Assembly (NCBI GenBank): GCA_964547425.1
Contig: CAZJNH010000003.1
Span: 1-59,413 of the forward strand
Reading direction: 5' to 3'
DNA: 59,413 nt
DNA from: an uncultured Candidatus Saccharibacteria bacterium
GTDB lineage: Bacteria; Patescibacteriota; Saccharimonadia; UBA4664; CAZJNH01
Part shown: positions 43,912 to 51,998 of the stretch, in pieces
Layout of the letters: each line of letters begins with the position of its first letter
How positions within the stretch are numbered: the stretch's first letter is position 1
The notes under the pieces: generated by a model
What the model was told of the DNA's origin: nothing
Seen by the model: the letters and a program-made list of their open reading frames with translations, nothing else
Databases searched by the model: none
Position numbers and translations under genes: made by a program

Positions 43912-44295
43912 ATGCGGTACTGCCGTAGTCTGTTTTCGTCGAATTCGGAATGGACAGCCGGGCCGTACTGCACGGTCGAGTTGTCGGACCAGCAGGAAAT
44001 GCACCACGAACCCCACCGCAACGACTGGGATCTGTTCTGGGACACCGAGGTCAACATCGCCGGCAGGATTGGCCAACGCTACATCGTGCTGGTGAAGAAG
44101 CTCAAGCCGCTGCGTGGTTACGAGCTCGTGAGGCTGACCAGCGACCATAGCGTCCTGGTGCCGCAAGACATCAAACGCAAGCTGGAAACCGGCGGGTTCT
44201 TGCCCTCGCTTCAGGACGCTACGATGGTGCCGCTCAGCTTCGAGAGGTTCGACGAGTTGGTCGACGCGTACGACCCGGTGAAGGTTCCAGCCTAA
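43912..44295 (+). CDS. hypothetical protein (ORFan, GC-rich)
   Basis: SD 'GGAGGA' lies 6-7 nt before ATG 43912, the second Met of the ORF. The composition is protein-like ('YIVLVKKLKPLRGYELVRL'). The competing minus-strand ORF 43603..44166 is R/P/G-rich. Confidence 0.45.
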   Translation: MRYCRSLFSSNSEWTAGPYCTVELSDQQEMHHEPHRNDWDLFWDTEVNIAGRIGQRYIVLVKKLKPLRGYELVRLTSDHSVLVPQDIKRKLETGGFLPSLQDATMVPLSFERFDELVDAYDPVKVPA

Positions 44296-44319
44296 GAACC
44301 CACTTCCTCCTTCCTTCGC

Positions 44320-44348
44320 GAGGGCCCGGGCAATTACGCCGGGCCCTC
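44320..44348 (+). terminator. GC-rich hairpin with no U-tract
   Basis: GAGGGCCCGG-GCAATTACG-CCGGGCCCTC, a perfect 10-bp stem directly after the 43912..44295 ORF. Confidence 0.4.
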
Positions 44349-44368
44349 GATCTGTTAAAATAGATTTC

Positions 44369-46153
44369 GTGCGAGATTTGTTAAAGATAGTTAAATACTC
44401 CTGGTCGCTAAAGCGTTACTACCTGGCGACCGGCTTTTTTGTGATTCTGATTTCGCTGCTGCGCCAAGCCACGCCGTTTTTCCTGAAGTTTATCGTTGAT
44501 GGCCTGGTCAAGATGAACAAAGGCACGCATGTTGCCGCCAACTACTTTGTCTTCTGGGTGGTGTTGATTTTGGTCGTAGGTTTGATCGAAACCGTCTTCG
44601 ATAACTACTCCGGTTATCTAGGCGACCAGCTCGGCGCCAAGCTCAAAACCTTACTCTCCCAGCGTTACTACGACCATATTCTGTCTCTGCCAATGGAGTA
44701 CTTCGACAACGAAATCACCGGACGGATTACTTCGAGGTTGGATCGCAGCATCGTGACGGTTAGCGAACTCATTCAGGCCTTCACGAACAACTTCCTGACG
44801 TTTTTCCTGACCGCCGCGATTACGATCGCGATTTTGGCCTATTACTCACCTCCGGTAGCCATTTTGCTGCTGGCGCTGTTCCCGCTGTACATGTGGCTAA
44901 CGACTCTGTCTTCCCGAGCCTGGCAAAAAAAGCAGGAAGGGATCAACGCGGACACCGACTTTGCCCAGGGCCGGTTTGTCGAAGCGGTCGGGCAGGTCAG
45001 GGTTGTTAAATCATTTGTTCAGGAGGTCGTAGAGTCGAGAATTTTTGCCGGCAAGCGCCGCTCGATCGAGAAACAAACCGCCGTCCAGTCGGCCGAGTGG
45101 CATCGCTACGATGTGATCCGCCGCGTCGGCCTAAGCATTGTCTTCTTCGCCATCTACGGATTTATCGTTTACCAGGCTTATAAGCAGCAAATTACTCTGG
45201 GCACAATGACATTGATGCTACAGCTGGTAACCCAGGCTCAGTTCCCGCTGTTCGCGTCAAGTTTTATCATCGACCAAATCCAGCGAGCCAAAGCCGGCAG
45301 CCGTGATTACTTTAAGGTTATGGAGCAGGAGGCGGCGATTAAGGACGCGCCGGGAGCCAAGCCGCTCAGGGTCAAACAAGGGGGAATCACCTACAACCAC
45401 ATCGACTTCGCTTACGGAGGTGGTAAAAAAGTGCTCAAAGACGTTGGTTTCCAGGTTAAACCGGGCCAGAAAGTGGCGCTGGTCGGCGAATCGGGCGAAG
45501 GCAAGACAACGGTCTCTAATTTGCTGCTTAGGTTCTATGAACCGTCAGATGGACAGATCTTGATCGACGGCCAGGATGTTATGAAAGTGACGCAGGCTTC
45601 ATTGCGGTCGCAAATTGGCGTAGTGTTCCAGGATCCGGCGCTTTTCTCCGGCAGCGTGAAAGAAAACATCGGTTACGGACAGACTAAGGTTAACGAAAAA
45701 GATTTGATGGCTGCCGCCAAAGCCGCCAACGCCTATGATTTCATCAAGAAATTGCCGCAAGGTTTTGATACCGAAATCGGGGAGCGGGGAGTCAAACTTT
45801 CCGGCGGTCAAAAACAGCGGATCGCCATCGCCCGCGCCATCCTCAAGAACCCGCCTATTTTGGTCCTAGACGAAGCCACCAGTTCGCTTGACTCCAAGGC
45901 CGAGCGGGAGGTGCAAGACGCGTTAGAGAGGCTAATGAAGGGCCGTACGACGATGATTATCGCCCACCGTCTCTCAACTATTCAAAACGTCGACTTAATT
46001 ATCGGCATTCGTAACGGCGAGGTTGCCGAGATGGGTTCGCCGGAGGAGCTGGCGGAACTCGAGGGCGGCATCTACGCCGAACTGCTGGCCCTGCAAACCG
46101 CGCCGCTGCGCCAGCGCAAAGCCCTGCTCAAACAGTACGAGCTGGCGGCTTAA
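44369..46153 (+). CDS. ABC exporter, fused permease/ATPase (MsbA/MdlB-like)
   Basis: Six N-terminal TM helices. Walker A 'GESGEGKTT', signature 'LSGGQKQRIAIARA', Walker B 'ILVLDEATS', H-loop 'IAHRL'. Confidence 0.9.
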   Translation: MRDLLKIVKYSWSLKRYYLATGFFVILISLLRQATPFFLKFIVDGLVKMNKGTHVAANYFVFWVVLILVVGLIETVFDNYSGYLGDQLGAKLKTLLSQRYYDHILSLPMEYFDNEITGRITSRLDRSIVTVSELIQAFTNNFLTFFLTAAITIAILAYYSPPVAILLLALFPLYMWLTTLSSRAWQKKQEGINADTDFAQGRFVEAVGQVRVVKSFVQEVVESRIFAGKRRSIEKQTAVQSAEWHRYDVIRRVGLSIVFFAIYGFIVYQAYKQQITLGTMTLMLQLVTQAQFPLFASSFIIDQIQRAKAGSRDYFKVMEQEAAIKDAPGAKPLRVKQGGITYNHIDFAYGGGKKVLKDVGFQVKPGQKVALVGESGEGKTTVSNLLLRFYEPSDGQILIDGQDVMKVTQASLRSQIGVVFQDPALFSGSVKENIGYGQTKVNEKDLMAAAKAANAYDFIKKLPQGFDTEIGERGVKLSGGQKQRIAIARAILKNPPILVLDEATSSLDSKAEREVQDALERLMKGRTTMIIAHRLSTIQNVDLIIGIRNGEVAEMGSPEELAELEGGIYAELLALQTAPLRQRKALLKQYELAA

Positions 46154-46209
46154 CGAACCGGCCAAAAAATTATAAAATAAGGCTGCCTACCCGAGAGTTA
46201 GGAGCAGCT

Positions 46210-46446
46210 GTGTCCGATACGACGATTGCGTTGGAGGAGCACCTCAAGGAAGTCCACGCGGCTCTTATCGAGCTAGGAGGCAAGTCGACCACGGTCGACA
46301 TTGCCGAGTTCCTCGATCCCGGCCAAGCCGACGACAGCGATGTCAGCTATGTCCGCGGCCGGTTGCTGGTTTTGGAGAGGTCCCATGGACTCGTCCAGCG
46401 CGGCGGCCGCGACGGGCGGGGACTCACAGTCTGGAGTCTGAAGTAA
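46210..46446 (+). CDS. small hypothetical protein, possibly winged-helix
   Basis: 78 aa. SD 'AGGAG' lies 5 nt before the GTG. 'STTVDIAEFL...VSYVRGRLLVLERSHGLVQR' resembles a wHTH recognition helix plus wing. Confidence 0.45.
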   Translation: MSDTTIALEEHLKEVHAALIELGGKSTTVDIAEFLDPGQADDSDVSYVRGRLLVLERSHGLVQRGGRDGRGLTVWSLK

Positions 46447-46493
46447 GCATTACGAACCCGCACCTCCGTTTGAGAGGGGCGGGTTCGACCTTT
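46447..46493 (+). terminator. 47-nt hairpin element, copy 1
   Basis: 'GCATTACGAACCCGCACCTCCGTTTGAGAGGGGCGGGTTCGACCTTT'. The stem is CGAACCCGC/GCGGGTTCG. It is identical to 46964..47010 except at 2 positions. Confidence 0.7.
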
Positions 46494-46532
46494 CTGGTAC
46501 AATGGTCTCGCCAATCGAGAGATAGGAGTTCT

Positions 46533-46961
46533 ATGGAGAATTCACTCGAACTCAAGCAGTTCGGCGAGAAGCTATATGAGTCCAGTTCCGAGACGCTTCG
46601 TGAACTTGGCCAGGTCATCATGCTTCTTGGTACCAAAGCCGCATTGTTGGACGAAATTTCGGCTCAGGAAACATTGAAGGATCTGGCGGATATCCTCCGC
46701 GATGCCGAAGGAGACGAGTTCGGATTCATGCGCGAAGTAGCCGAAGAGATCGATGAAGTGCTCGGCGAAAACCAGAAACACGAGGAAGAGTGCCCGACGT
46801 TTAACGCGGGAGTGAACCAACTAGCTCCGCCCGTGATTTGGGTCGTTCAGGATTGCCTCAAGGATTACGAAGAGCTTCTAGTAATGGCAGGGATGAGTCT
46901 GACGAAAGTGAAGGAGGCCCGAGGGGCTGTCGACGAACTCGCCAAGCACATTAGCCGATAA
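46533..46961 (+). CDS. acidic helical hypothetical protein
   Basis: Start set at ATG 46533, with SD 'AGGAG' 6 nt upstream and a TGgTACAAT extended -10 at 46494-46502. The ORF-track start at 46470 lies inside the hairpin element. Confidence 0.45.
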   Translation: MENSLELKQFGEKLYESSSETLRELGQVIMLLGTKAALLDEISAQETLKDLADILRDAEGDEFGFMREVAEEIDEVLGENQKHEEECPTFNAGVNQLAPPVIWVVQDCLKDYEELLVMAGMSLTKVKEARGAVDELAKHISR

Positions 46962-46963
46962 GA

Positions 46964-47010
46964 GCATCACGAACCCGCACCTCCATTTGAGAGGGGCGGG
47001 TTCGACCTTT
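46964..47010. terminator. 47-nt hairpin element, copy 2, between convergent genes
   Basis: 'GCATCACGAACCCGCACCTCCATTTGAGAGGGGCGGGTTCGACCTTT' followed by TAT. Confidence 0.7.
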
Positions 47011-47021
47011 TATATCGGTTT

Positions 47022-47855
47022 TTACATCGAGATTGTGGTCGAGCTGGTGCTGGTATTGTTAGCGCTGCCGGTTGAGGCATTGCCGCCGGTGGTGTTGCCG
47101 GAGACGTTAGCCGAGCCGGACGAGGCGCCTTGAGTATTGTTGTTACTGACGTTAACGGTTGGTGAGTTGGTGATGTTGACGTTTTGGTTGGCCGAAATCG
47201 TCACCTGATTGTTGGAGCTTGGTCCGGTGGTGTTGATGTTAGCCGTGTTTGAGCCGCCGCCAAGGTTTACAGGCGTCACCGCAGCTGTCGAAGTAACTGT
47301 GGTCGAATTGCTGGAAGTGTTTCCCGCGCTGCCGGTTGAGGCACTGCCGCCGGTGGTGTTGCCGGAGACGTTAGCCGAGCCGGATGAGGCACCCTGGTTG
47401 TTGTCGTTGGTTACCGTTACCGAAGGGCTGTTCACCAGGTTAAAGTTCGAGTTATTCGATATATTCACCTGGTTGTTAGAATTCGGTCCGGTGGTGTTGA
47501 TGTTAGCGGTGTTGCTGCCGCCGCTACCGGTAAAGGTAAAGCCGGCTGCCGGCCCGAAACTGATCACAGTATTGGCAGCAGAGCCATTGTTAGCCGCACC
47601 GGTTGAGGCGCTACCGCCTGTAGTGTTACCCGAAACGTTGGCAGCCCCGGAGGTCGTACCCTGGTTATTATTGTTGTTGACCGAGCCATTCGGGACGTTG
47701 ACTATGTTGGCCGTCTGGTCATTCGAGATATTAACTTGGTTGTTCGATCCATTGCCCGTATTACTAATTGTTGCCGAGCTAGACGCCAACAGTGAGCCGC
47801 TCATCCCAAGCGCGGCTACTACAGCGACGCTAACGCGTAAAATAGTTTTTCGCAT
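47022..47855 (-). CDS. secreted Asn/Ser/Thr/Gly-rich protein made of three ~88-aa repeats (curlin-like periodicity)
   Basis: Signal peptide 'MRKTILRVSVAVVAALGMSGSLLASS'. Then three copies of 'NTGP.SNNQV.IS.N....N..NSP.V.V.N.N.QGASSGSANVSGNTTGG.ASTGSA'. The start is set at ATG 47855. Confidence 0.7.
   Translation of the reverse strand: MRKTILRVSVAVVAALGMSGSLLASSSATISNTGNGSNNQVNISNDQTANIVNVPNGSVNNNNNQGTTSGAANVSGNTTGGSASTGAANNGSAANTVISFGPAAGFTFTGSGGSNTANINTTGPNSNNQVNISNNSNFNLVNSPSVTVTNDNNQGASSGSANVSGNTTGGSASTGSAGNTSSNSTTVTSTAAVTPVNLGGGSNTANINTTGPSSNNQVTISANQNVNITNSPTVNVSNNNTQGASSGSANVSGNTTGGNASTGSANNTSTSSTTISM
47025..47777. repeat. three in-frame tandem DNA repeats (period 264-267 bp) inside the secreted-protein gene
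   Basis: 'GTTGAGGCAYTGCCGCCGGTGGTGTTGCCGGAGACGTTAGCCGAGCCGGA' starts at 47071 and 47335. A diverged third copy starts at 47602. Confidence 0.85.
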
Positions 47856-48002
47856 GCACCCTCCACAAATTTTAAGTATCAAATAGCAGTATAAAAGAGC
47901 CGGCGGCCCGGCGAATTGGCAATTAGTTTAAAATCCGGCGTTAGTTTTTTGATATTTTTGGCGGCTTAACTAGCCACCAATACATAAAATCGACTATAAA
48001 GA

Positions 48003-48030
48003 AAAAACGGCTTGGGAAAGCCGTTTTTTC
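48003..48030. terminator. bidirectional terminator-like hairpin in a divergent intergenic region
   Basis: AAAAAACGGCTT-GGGA-AAGCCGTTTTTT. Confidence 0.6.
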
Positions 48031-48223
48031 TGTGGAAGTTGATGCGTTTTTGTTTTGAATACTTTTTTTATGCAGGTACCTAAGACGAATTTACGGCATT
48101 AGCATAACCACTGTCAAGGGTTTTTGCATAAAAAAGTGTAAATTTTTTCGGCCCAATCTATACATTTTTTTAGGAACCCTCACAAACATTAAGAGCCAGG
48201 CAAAGGGTACAATCTGAAACCGT

Positions 48224-48844
48224 ATGAAACTTACCAAATACCCGCAGTCCTGCTTGATCCTCTGCAAAAACGGGCAATGCCTTTGTATCGACCCTGGAAC
48301 GCTGGTAACAGCTAAATACAAACTGGCTGATTTGGGCCTGATAGAGGCGGTTTTGTATACCCACGAACACGCCGACCACTTTGATCCGGCGATCATTCAG
48401 GAATTGGTTGATTCTGGCGTCGAGATCTACGCCAACGCCGATGTAGCGGCCAAAATTACCGCCGAAGTGACCATAGTCAAAGATAAAGAGGAGCTGGTGA
48501 TTGCCGGTTTTAACGTCACGGCTTACGATCTGCCTCACTGCAAAATGAGCGATGGCTCTGATGGCCCGCCCAATACCGGGTTTTTAATTGACGGGATGCT
48601 GTTTCACCCTGGTGACGGTATCGAGCTAACCGGTTTGAGGGCCGAAAATTTAGCTCTGCCGATCGCGGGTCCGAGTATCAACTTCGATAACGCCATCGCC
48701 TTCGCCGACCAGATAGAGGCCGTTAAGATAATCCCTATCCACTACGACGGCCACTACAAAGCCTATCCGGAGGAGTTTACCGCTAAAGCCGGCCCGGACC
48801 GCGTAATCGTCTTAAAGGACGGAGAATCGACCGAATTAACCTAG
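48224..48844 (+). CDS. MBL-fold metallo-hydrolase
   Basis: 'VLYTHEHADHFD' (HxHxDH) and later His/Asp ligand positions ('LPHCK', 'HPGDG', 'IPIHYD'). A TACAAT -10 ends 10 nt before the ATG. Confidence 0.75.
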   Translation: MKLTKYPQSCLILCKNGQCLCIDPGTLVTAKYKLADLGLIEAVLYTHEHADHFDPAIIQELVDSGVEIYANADVAAKITAEVTIVKDKEELVIAGFNVTAYDLPHCKMSDGSDGPPNTGFLIDGMLFHPGDGIELTGLRAENLALPIAGPSINFDNAIAFADQIEAVKIIPIHYDGHYKAYPEEFTAKAGPDRVIVLKDGESTELT

Positions 48845-48907
48845 ATCCGCTCTTCGATTCAAGGACAATGCAACATACTATATCACCCAGATATAGTTTT
48901 TTGGTTA

Positions 48908-48916
48908 TGATATAAT
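48908..48916 (+). promoter_or_regulatory. extended -10 element placed for a leaderless mRNA
   Basis: TGATATAAT ends 7 nt before ATG 48924. No SD is present. Confidence 0.5.
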
Positions 48917-48923
48917 TTAGTAT

Positions 48924-49151
48924 ATGAATAAAACTAACCCGGCCACCGCAATATTGGGGCAGGACATTAAACGCTACCGCCAGGCCAATATGATTTCCCA
49001 GCGGACTCTCGCCGAAAAGGTGGGGACGACTCAAGCCCACATCGCCAGAATCGAAAACGGCCAGGCTAACCCGACCCTAAAGATGATTGTCAGGATCGCC
49101 GCCGCCTTCGGCCACGACTTGGCGATCGGTTTTCGCAAACGCCAAAGCTAA
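48924..49151 (+). CDS. XRE-family helix-turn-helix transcriptional regulator
   Basis: 'IKRYRQANMISQRTLAEKVGTTQAHIARIENGQANPTLKMIVRIAAAFG'. Confidence 0.85.
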   Translation: MNKTNPATAILGQDIKRYRQANMISQRTLAEKVGTTQAHIARIENGQANPTLKMIVRIAAAFGHDLAIGFRKRQS

Positions 49152-49579
49152 TTCTTAAGTTTTTGAGCCTGTTCTCTTTCGAATTGGCGCTGTTTGACGG
49201 TTTCGCGCTTGTCGTAGGCTTTTTTGCCTTTGCCGATACCTATCTCTACCTTTACTAGCCCTTTTTGTTCTAGGAGAGCTAAAGGGACAACGGTTAACCC
49301 GGCCTGGCGTTCGTTCATTAGCTTATTGATCTGTGATCGATGGAGAAGCAGCTTGCGGGTACGCTCCGCGTCGAAGTTCGGAGCGTTTTGATAAGGAGTA
49401 ACGTGCGCGCCTACCAGATAGGCTTCGTCGGATAAGACATTGACGTAGCTGCCTTTTAAGCTGACATGGCCGGCTTTGATGCTTTTGACTTCGGCGCCGG
49501 ACAAGGCAATGCCCGCTATCAGTTTGTCCTCGATAGCGTAGTCATACGATCCCCGACGATTTTTGGCTAAAACTTTCAC
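49148..49579 (-). CDS. smpB: SsrA-binding protein
   Basis: 'NRRGSYDYAIEDKLIAGIALSGAEVKSIKAG..SLKGSY', 'YLVGAHVTPY' and 'RTRKLLLHRSQINKL'. Confidence 0.92.
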   Translation of the reverse strand: MKVLAKNRRGSYDYAIEDKLIAGIALSGAEVKSIKAGHVSLKGSYVNVLSDEAYLVGAHVTPYQNAPNFDAERTRKLLLHRSQINKLMNERQAGLTVVPLALLEQKGLVKVEIGIGKGKKAYDKRETVKQRQFEREQAQKLKN

Positions 49580-49610
49580 TAACCAGATTATACGGGTTAA
49601 AATCTTAGGA

Positions 49611-51182
49611 GTGAAAAGCGATCAATTAGCCGTTCTCATAAACGAGTCGGTCAAGCAGTTATATAAGGTTGAGGTTGAGGCTCAAGTCGAGCTTGCGCCA
49701 GAAGGCAGGGGCGACTTTGCGTCCAATGTGGCTTTTGAATTGTCTAAAAACTTGGGCAAAAACCCTGCCGATATAGCGAAAGAGATTGCTGAGGCAATGT
49801 CGGACAATATGATCGAGTCGGTTACCGCGGAAGGTCCGTACTTGAACATCACCCTTAAGGATAAGGTTTGGATCGATGAAGTCGGACAGCTGGGCAAAGA
49901 TTACGGTCGGTCGGATCTTGGTAAAGGCCAAAAAGCTCAAGTTGAATTTATTTCCGCCAATCCAACCGGGCCTTTAACGATCGGAAATGCCCGCGGCGGA
50001 TTTATCGGCGACGTATTAAGCAATGTCCTGGAATCCCAGGGGTATTCGGTTACCCGGGAGTATTACTTTAACGACGCCGGCACACAGATTATGAAACTGG
50101 TTGACTCGGCCCGCATCGCCGCTGGAATCACCAAAGGAGTACAGGAATATAAAGGGGCTTACTTGGACGAACTGGCTAAAGAATTTAAAGCCGAGCTGGG
50201 CGCGACCGATATTGAGGCTGCTCAGGCTCTGACGACGGCGATTCGCGAGCGCTACATCGAACCGGCCATCAAGAATATGAACATCGAGATAGGTCACTGG
50301 TTTAACGAGAGGACCCTGATTGAGGACGGAGAGTACGCCCGAATCGAGAATGAATTGCTCGATAAGGGTCTCGCCAACAAAAAAGATGGCGCGGTTTGGG
50401 CGCTTTCGAGCCAGTTTGGGGACGAGCGGGACCGGGTGTTGCGCAAATCCAACGGTGACGTCAGCTACTTGGGCACGGATTTGGCCTACCACGATAATAT
50501 ATTCGAGAAACGCGGCTTCGATTTGGCCATTAAGGTTCTTGGCGCCGACCACTCGGGACAGGTTATCTCCCTTAAACTGATGCTCGAAAACGGATTAAAG
50601 GTTCATGGCAAGATCGATTTCCTGATTTACCAGTTCGTGAGGCTGATGCGAGACGGCCAGGAAGTAAAAATGGGCAAACGCCTAGGCACCTACGTTACGA
50701 CCGATGAGTTAATCGAGGAGGTCGGGGCTGATGTAGCGCGGGTTTTCTTCTTGATGCGCTCGGCTGACAGCCATATGGACTTTGATTTGACGTTAGCCAA
50801 GGAGGAGAGCCAGAAGAATCCTTATTGGTACCTGATGTACGCTTACGTTCGGGCTCAAGCGATTCTGTCTAAAGCGAAGGGGAAAAATCTCAAGCCCGGG
50901 GAACAAATAAGCGAGCTAACAGATAAAGAAAAGGCTATTCTCAAGCAGATTTCGCAGTATCCGGACGTGCTAGCAGATATCAGCAAGGACTTCGGAGTAC
51001 ACAAACTGGCCTTCTTCGGCCAAGAAGTTGCCAAACTGTTCCACGACTACTATGAATCGGTAAAAATTATCGACCTACCAGAAGAAGAGGCGATCAAAAG
51101 GTTGTATTTTATACAACAGATTAGCTCGTTTTTTGAGGCTTATTTTGCGGTTTTGGGTCTCGAACCCCTCAAGAAGATGTGA
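49611..51182 (+). CDS. argS: arginine--tRNA ligase (start uncertain)
   Basis: 'EFISANPTGPLTIGNARGG' (HIGH region), 'ADHSGQ' and 'MGKRLG' (KMSKS-like), plus a DALR C-terminal domain. TTG 49563 would overlap the divergent smpB start, so GTG 49611 is chosen tentatively. Confidence 0.88.
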   Translation: MKSDQLAVLINESVKQLYKVEVEAQVELAPEGRGDFASNVAFELSKNLGKNPADIAKEIAEAMSDNMIESVTAEGPYLNITLKDKVWIDEVGQLGKDYGRSDLGKGQKAQVEFISANPTGPLTIGNARGGFIGDVLSNVLESQGYSVTREYYFNDAGTQIMKLVDSARIAAGITKGVQEYKGAYLDELAKEFKAELGATDIEAAQALTTAIRERYIEPAIKNMNIEIGHWFNERTLIEDGEYARIENELLDKGLANKKDGAVWALSSQFGDERDRVLRKSNGDVSYLGTDLAYHDNIFEKRGFDLAIKVLGADHSGQVISLKLMLENGLKVHGKIDFLIYQFVRLMRDGQEVKMGKRLGTYVTTDELIEEVGADVARVFFLMRSADSHMDFDLTLAKEESQKNPYWYLMYAYVRAQAILSKAKGKNLKPGEQISELTDKEKAILKQISQYPDVLADISKDFGVHKLAFFGQEVAKLFHDYYESVKIIDLPEEEAIKRLYFIQQISSFFEAYFAVLGLEPLKKM

Positions 51183-51183
51183 G

Positions 51184-51639
51184 TTAGTTGATATATTTCC
51201 CGGGCAGGTAGTCAACCGCCGATAAAGAAAGAAAACTGCTTTGTTGATCGATAAGCTTTCCGGCTTGCAAGATATGAAAGTCGATTCCCGGAATTCGCGG
51301 GAGCTTTTGCAGTTCCTTCAAAGAATTTAGCCATTGATAATCAACTCCCGGCTCGGTCGTGACCTTATCGCTTTTAGAGAAAACCGCAAAATGTAAGCCG
51401 AGGGAGTCTCCGTAGTAGTAGGAGTCTAAAAACAGTAGTTTGTCTTCCAGCTGGAGGCCGGTCTCTTCTTTGACCTCGCGCACCAGTGCTCCGGCGATCG
51501 TTTCGCCCTGTTCGACCTTACCTCCTGGAAAACCCCAGGTTCCGCCGAACTTCTTAGCCTTGTCGTGGCGCCTGATCACAAGGAAACTGTCGCGGTAATA
51601 AACGGTTGAAGTGACGACCGGGGTTGGAGCAGCCATCAC
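51184..51639 (-). CDS. NUDIX hydrolase
   Basis: Nudix box 'GGKVEQGETIAGALVREVKEETGL'. Confidence 0.85.
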   Translation of the reverse strand: MMAAPTPVVTSTVYYRDSFLVIRRHDKAKKFGGTWGFPGGKVEQGETIAGALVREVKEETGLQLEDKLLFLDSYYYGDSLGLHFAVFSKSDKVTTEPGVDYQWLNSLKELQKLPRIPGIDFHILQAGKLIDQQSSFLSLSAVDYLPGKYIN

Positions 51640-51998
51640 GCCCCGCGGTGGCTCTTCTTAATCGCCCAGTATTTTTCGCTATTTAGCTCGACGTTCGGAG
51701 GGTACTTTTTTGCCTGCTTTTCCAGTTTCGCGTCGATAGCCTTTGATATGTCGATTTTATTAACTACTGCCATGTAAAGGCAGTAAATGATAATGTCGGC
51801 GAGCTCGTCCTTAACGCCCTGAGCTTCGTCGGCTTCTGGAAAATCATCCCACTGAAACTTCTCCATCAATTCGGCTGACTCTATTGCAATCGAGATTGCC
51901 AGGTTTTTGGATGTGTGGTGCTTTCCCCAGTTGCGCTCTTTTCTAAAACGTTCAACGAGATCTTTGAGTTCTTTAATTGTGACCTTAGAGTCGCTCAT
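51636..51998 (-). CDS. MazG-like nucleotide pyrophosphohydrolase (dCTPase-like all-alpha NTP-PPase)
   Basis: 'FRKERNWGKHHTSKNLAISIAIESAELMEKFQW' and 'ELADIIIYCLYMA' (EExxE/D metal motifs). Confidence 0.75.
   Translation of the reverse strand: MSDSKVTIKELKDLVERFRKERNWGKHHTSKNLAISIAIESAELMEKFQWDDFPEADEAQGVKDELADIIIYCLYMAVVNKIDISKAIDAKLEKQAKKYPPNVELNSEKYWAIKKSHRGA

Noticed and set aside
43603-44166. 187-aa minus-strand ORF competing with the plus-strand ORFs 43236..43727 and 43912..44295
   Set aside because: The product is R/P/G/H-rich and not protein-like, and the ORF has no RBS. The plus-strand ORFs have SD sequences and balanced composition. Confidence in the plus-strand calls is still only moderate.
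47022-47886. Regularly spaced repeats checked as a possible CRISPR array, and the 225-aa antisense ORF 47209..47886
   Set aside because: The repeat period is 264-267 bp and in-frame, and the repeats encode a signal-peptide-bearing repeat protein. There is no 25-40 bp repeat/spacer architecture. The antisense ORF is a shadow (L/P/V/E-rich).
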